Assembly: GCA_031366795.1 (NCBI GenBank)
Contig: JANLOX010000248.1
Location: 1 to 10,411 of the forward strand
Reading direction: 5' to 3'
DNA: 10,411 nucleotides
Source: Candidatus Eiseniibacteriota bacterium
GTDB taxonomy: Bacteria > Eisenbacteria > RBG-16-71-46
Shown here piece after piece: positions 7,295 to 10,411 of this stretch. The notes below the pieces were generated by a model. The model was not told the origin of the DNA. It was given only the letters and a program-made list of their open reading frames with translations, and did no database searches. Positions within the stretch are counted from its first letter, which is position 1; each line of letters opens with the position of its first letter. The position numbers and the translations under genes are program-made.

Positions 7295-7313
7295 CCGCCG
7301 CGTCCAAGGAAGG

Positions 7314-8234
7314 CTAGAAGATCCGCTTCCCGAGCAGGCTCTGCGCCAGCTCCGCCGCGAGAATCCCCGTCATGTTCGTGGTATCAAGCACGGGATTCAC
7401 CTCGACCAGATCAATGGCGATGATGTTGGCGCGGTCGGCGAGCATCTCCATCGCCAGGTGAGCTTCGCGATAGCTGATGCCGCCCCACACCGGCGTACCG
7501 GTGCCGGGCGCGTCCTCGGGATCGACTACATCGAGATCGAACGACAGGTGAACACCTGCAGTGCCGTCGTTCGCGACACCGATCGCCTCATCGAGCACAT
7601 CGCGCATGCCGCGCTCGTCGATGTCACGCATGGTGTAGCAGGTGACACCCCACTTCTTGAGCAGGTCGCGTTCGCCATCATCGAGATCGCGGATGCCGAT
7701 CAGCACCGCATTGCGTGTCTGCACCTTGGGTGATCGGCCGCCGAGATTCACGAGGTCGTGGTCGCCGAACCCCAACGCGACCGCCAGCGACATGCCGTGA
7801 ATGTTGCCCGACGGCGTCGTCTCGGGCGTGTTGGCGTCCCCGTGCGCGTCGAACCAGATCAGGCCCATCGCTTCGCCCTGCGCAGCGAGATAGTTGCTCG
7901 AGCCGGCGACCGAGCCGATGGCAATGCTGTGATCGCCGCCGAGCACCAGCGGCATGCGCTTCTCGCCCAGGCTGCGCTCGACTTCCTTGCGCAGGCTCTC
8001 GCACGCGGCAAGAATGGGAGCCTTGTAGCGCAGCTTGCCCTCGCCGACCTTCTGCGTCTCGGGGATCATCACGTCGATGTCGCCGCAATCGACAACCGTG
8101 TGCCCCAACGCCTCGAGCCGCGGCTCGAGGTCCGCGATGCGAATCGCCGAGGGGCCCATGTCGACGCCACGGCGACCGGCGCCCAGGTCCACGGGCACGC
8201 CGATGATTTCGATGTTGCGCTTCTTGGTGGCCAT
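7314..8234 (-). CDS. rocF: Arginase (306 aa)
   Basis: DLGAGRRGVDMGP, GGDHSIAIG, DAHGDANT, SGNIHGM, SFDLDVVDP, APGTGTPV and VEVNP are present. Mn ligands and the arginase-specific loop are intact. Start ATG at 8234 (MATKK). Confidence 0.95.
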   Translation of the reverse strand: MATKKRNIEIIGVPVDLGAGRRGVDMGPSAIRIADLEPRLEALGHTVVDCGDIDVMIPETQKVGEGKLRYKAPILAACESLRKEVERSLGEKRMPLVLGGDHSIAIGSVAGSSNYLAAQGEAMGLIWFDAHGDANTPETTPSGNIHGMSLAVALGFGDHDLVNLGGRSPKVQTRNAVLIGIRDLDDGERDLLKKWGVTCYTMRDIDERGMRDVLDEAIGVANDGTAGVHLSFDLDVVDPEDAPGTGTPVWGGISYREAHLAMEMLADRANIIAIDLVEVNPVLDTTNMTGILAAELAQSLLGKRIF

Positions 8235-8322
8235 AGGGTGGAAGACAATAGCAGCGCACACAGCGGGCCGGAAACGCAGCCGGAGTGACGTCCCGCCAAG
8301 GCTTTGCGCCGGGGGTAGCCCC

Positions 8323-8709
8323 CTACTTCGCCACGAACATGCCGTGCAGCATGTCCATTGAGCACGAGTACTTGAGCGTGTCGCCGATATCCGCCGCCGC
8401 CAGCTCGACCTTCACTTGCTTGTTGAGTGGCAGGTCGTAGCCGCGATGCAGGGTGGTGAATACCACGTCCGTGCCGCAAGTCTGTTCGGTCGCGCGCGAG
8501 AAGGTGACTTCAACGGGCTGGCCGCGTTTCACCTCGATCACGGGTGGCACGAAGCCGGCGTCCGTAATTGCGACATGTACCTTCTGCGGGCCGCTGCTGT
8601 TGGCAGTGCAACCGGCGACCCCGTTCGCGAGGATCGCTCCCACGGCGGCGGCCGTCAGCAACAGGTGGAGGCCCCGCACGGTCGCGAGTTCTCCCTTCAG
8701 GATGCTCAT
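8323..8709 (-). CDS. Cupredoxin-domain lipoprotein, CupA-like copper-binding protein
   Basis: GGGAGG SD. A hydrophobic leader ends in lipobox VAGC. GFVPPVIEVKRGQPV is a typical cupredoxin start, and ligand motifs QTC and YSCSMDM are present. Confidence 0.85.
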   Translation of the reverse strand: MSILKGELATVRGLHLLLTAAAVGAILANGVAGCTANSSGPQKVHVAITDAGFVPPVIEVKRGQPVEVTFSRATEQTCGTDVVFTTLHRGYDLPLNKQVKVELAAADIGDTLKYSCSMDMLHGMFVAK

Positions 8710-8782
8710 CGAGTCATTCCTCCCTCACGGTGCCAGCGATGCACTCGCATCGTGGCGAAATCAATGTTGATCACACGGCTCA

Positions 8783-10411
8783 TCATACAGCACCTCCCGG
8801 GGCAGTCGCTGCCCGCTCCGGCAAACGCCGCCCCTTCCACCAAGCGAAGATCGCCGGGTACACCAGCAACTCCAGCACGAACGAACTGATCACGCCACCC
8901 AGCATGGGTGCGGCGATGCGCTTCATCACGTCGGCACCGGCGCCATGGCCCCACATGATCGGCAATAGCCCCAGCAGGATCGCTAGTACCGTCATGTGCT
9001 TGGGGCGAATGCGGTGCGCCGCCCCTTCGACGATCGCTTCCATCAAGTCGCCACGGTCACGCAGCCGGCCTGCGGCGCTGCGCTCGCGGTGTGCGAGATT
9101 CAGGTAGAACAACATCAGCACTCCGGTCTCGGCATCGAGGCCCGCCAGCGCGATCATGCCCACCCACACGGCCACGCTCAAGTTGTAGTGCAGCAACCAC
9201 AGCAACCACACCGCACCCACCAGCGAGAACGGCACGGCGAGCATGACCAGGGCCGTCTCGGCGACCGAGCGCAGGCTCCAGAACAGCAACAGGCTGACCA
9301 GCAACAGCGTGAACGGGACGACCCATGCGAGCCGCGCCTCAGCGCGCTGCAGGTGCTCGAACTGTCCGGCCCAGGCGATGCGCGCTCCGGGCGGCAGCGA
9401 CACGTCTCGGGCCACGGCTGCCTTGCCATCGCGAACGAAATCGCCCAGCGAGCGGGCCGCGACATCGATCGAGACGAGCCCGAACAGTTGCCCGTCCTCG
9501 CTCTGCACCATCGCAGGGCCGTTGCGGAAATTGAGGGTCGCGACCTGGCCCAGCGGGACCTGCGCACCCGTGGAGGTGGGCACCAACACTCGACGCAACG
9601 CATCGGGATCATCGCGCAACTCGCGCGCATAACGCAGGCTGATGGCAGTGCGCGTGCGACCCTCGATCGTCTGCGCCACGGGCATGCCGCCGATGGCCGT
9701 CTCGATCACGTCCTGAACGTCGCCCACGGTCAACCCGTAGCGCGCCGCGGCGGCGCGGTCGATGTCGAAGTCGAGGTAGTTGCCGCCCGTCAGCCGTTCG
9801 GCATAGACGCTGCGTGCGCCGCGGACGCCCTTGAGCGCCTGCTCCACCTGCAGCCCCACGCGTTCGATCGTGGCGATGTCGGAGCCGTAGATCTTGACCG
9901 CGGCGGCACTGCGCACACCAGTGGACAGCATTTCGTTGCGCGTCTGGATCGGCATCCACCACAGGTTCGGCATGCCGGGGAAGCGTGAGGCTCGGTCGAG
10001 CTCGGCGATCAATTTTTCCCACGTCATGCCGCGGCGCCATTCGCGTTCGGGCTTGAGCTGGATGATGGTCTCGGCCATGCCCGGCGGCGCGGGGTCCGTC
10101 ACGGTGCGCGCGCGCCCCATCTTGCCGAACACCGTCGCGACTTCGGGGACCATGCGAAGGCGCTGACCCATCTGCTGCAGTACCGCGGCCGACTCGGTGT
10201 CCGATATCCCCGGGGGTGCCGTGGGCATGTAGAGGATTGTGCCTTCATTGAGCGGCGGCATGAACTCGTGCCCAAGCGACATCAGCGCCGGTACCGTCGA
10301 CAACATGACGACCGCCGCCCCCACGACGACCCAGCGGCGGTGGTGTACCGCGAAACGCAGGACAGGCGTGTACGCCGCCACGATCGCGCGGGCGATGGGT
10401 TGCTCGCGCTC
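8783..10411 (-). CDS. cusA: CusA/SilA-type Cu(I)/Ag(I) RND efflux permease (partial; 5' part outside the window)
   Basis: The frame is open to the window end. EFMPPLNEGTILYMP, APPGMAET and TRNEML supply the three-Met site. AGLDAETG, RIRPKHMT and GADVMKRIAAPMLGG are also present. Ends in tandem TGA TGA. Confidence 0.93.
   Translation of the reverse strand, partial: EREQPIARAIVAAYTPVLRFAVHHRRWVVVGAAVVMLSTVPALMSLGHEFMPPLNEGTILYMPTAPPGISDTESAAVLQQMGQRLRMVPEVATVFGKMGRARTVTDPAPPGMAETIIQLKPEREWRRGMTWEKLIAELDRASRFPGMPNLWWMPIQTRNEMLSTGVRSAAAVKIYGSDIATIERVGLQVEQALKGVRGARSVYAERLTGGNYLDFDIDRAAAARYGLTVGDVQDVIETAIGGMPVAQTIEGRTRTAISLRYARELRDDPDALRRVLVPTSTGAQVPLGQVATLNFRNGPAMVQSEDGQLFGLVSIDVAARSLGDFVRDGKAAVARDVSLPPGARIAWAGQFEHLQRAEARLAWVVPFTLLLVSLLLFWSLRSVAETALVMLAVPFSLVGAVWLLWLLHYNLSVAVWVGMIALAGLDAETGVLMLFYLNLAHRERSAAGRLRDRGDLMEAIVEGAAHRIRPKHMTVLAILLGLLPIMWGHGAGADVMKRIAAPMLGGVISSFVLELLVYPAIFAWWKGRRLPERAATAPGGAV

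Noticed and set aside
8311..8323. GGGGG-TAG-CCCCC mini-hairpin at the cupredoxin stop
   Set aside because: Only 5 bp with no U-tract; too weak to call a terminator.
8996..9988. 330-aa + strand ORF and other ORFs overlapping cusA
   Set aside because: Antisense or out-of-frame shadows of the RND permease.
1..10411. CRISPR arrays, tRNA/rRNA, IS elements, riboswitches
   Set aside because: Intergenic spaces are short, and I saw no repeat-spacer pattern, cloverleaf, transposase or known aptamer by eye. An Rfam/Infernal scan would be needed to exclude small RNAs.

Overview
GC-rich bacterial chromosomal window, densely coding, with no tRNA, rRNA, CRISPR array or mobile element that I can recognise. 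Left to right: 3' end of a small + strand gene; a - strand three-gene operon (SPFH/band-7 protein, Arc-type ribbon-helix-helix protein, small membrane-anchored protein) whose sigma70-like promoter is overlapped by 11-bp-phased GATATC-like boxes; a divergent + strand cluster (exported S9 peptidase, 78-aa membrane protein, 565-aa unknown with a cryptic GNAT-like signature); a two-gene + strand unit behind a sigma28-like promoter (fRMsr/MsrC-like GAF protein and an output-less sensor whose PAS-like domain has four Cys spaced almost as in NreB); then, on the - strand, arginase, a CupA-like cupredoxin lipoprotein and the 3' half of cusA. All calls come from motif reading by eye. No database searches were run.
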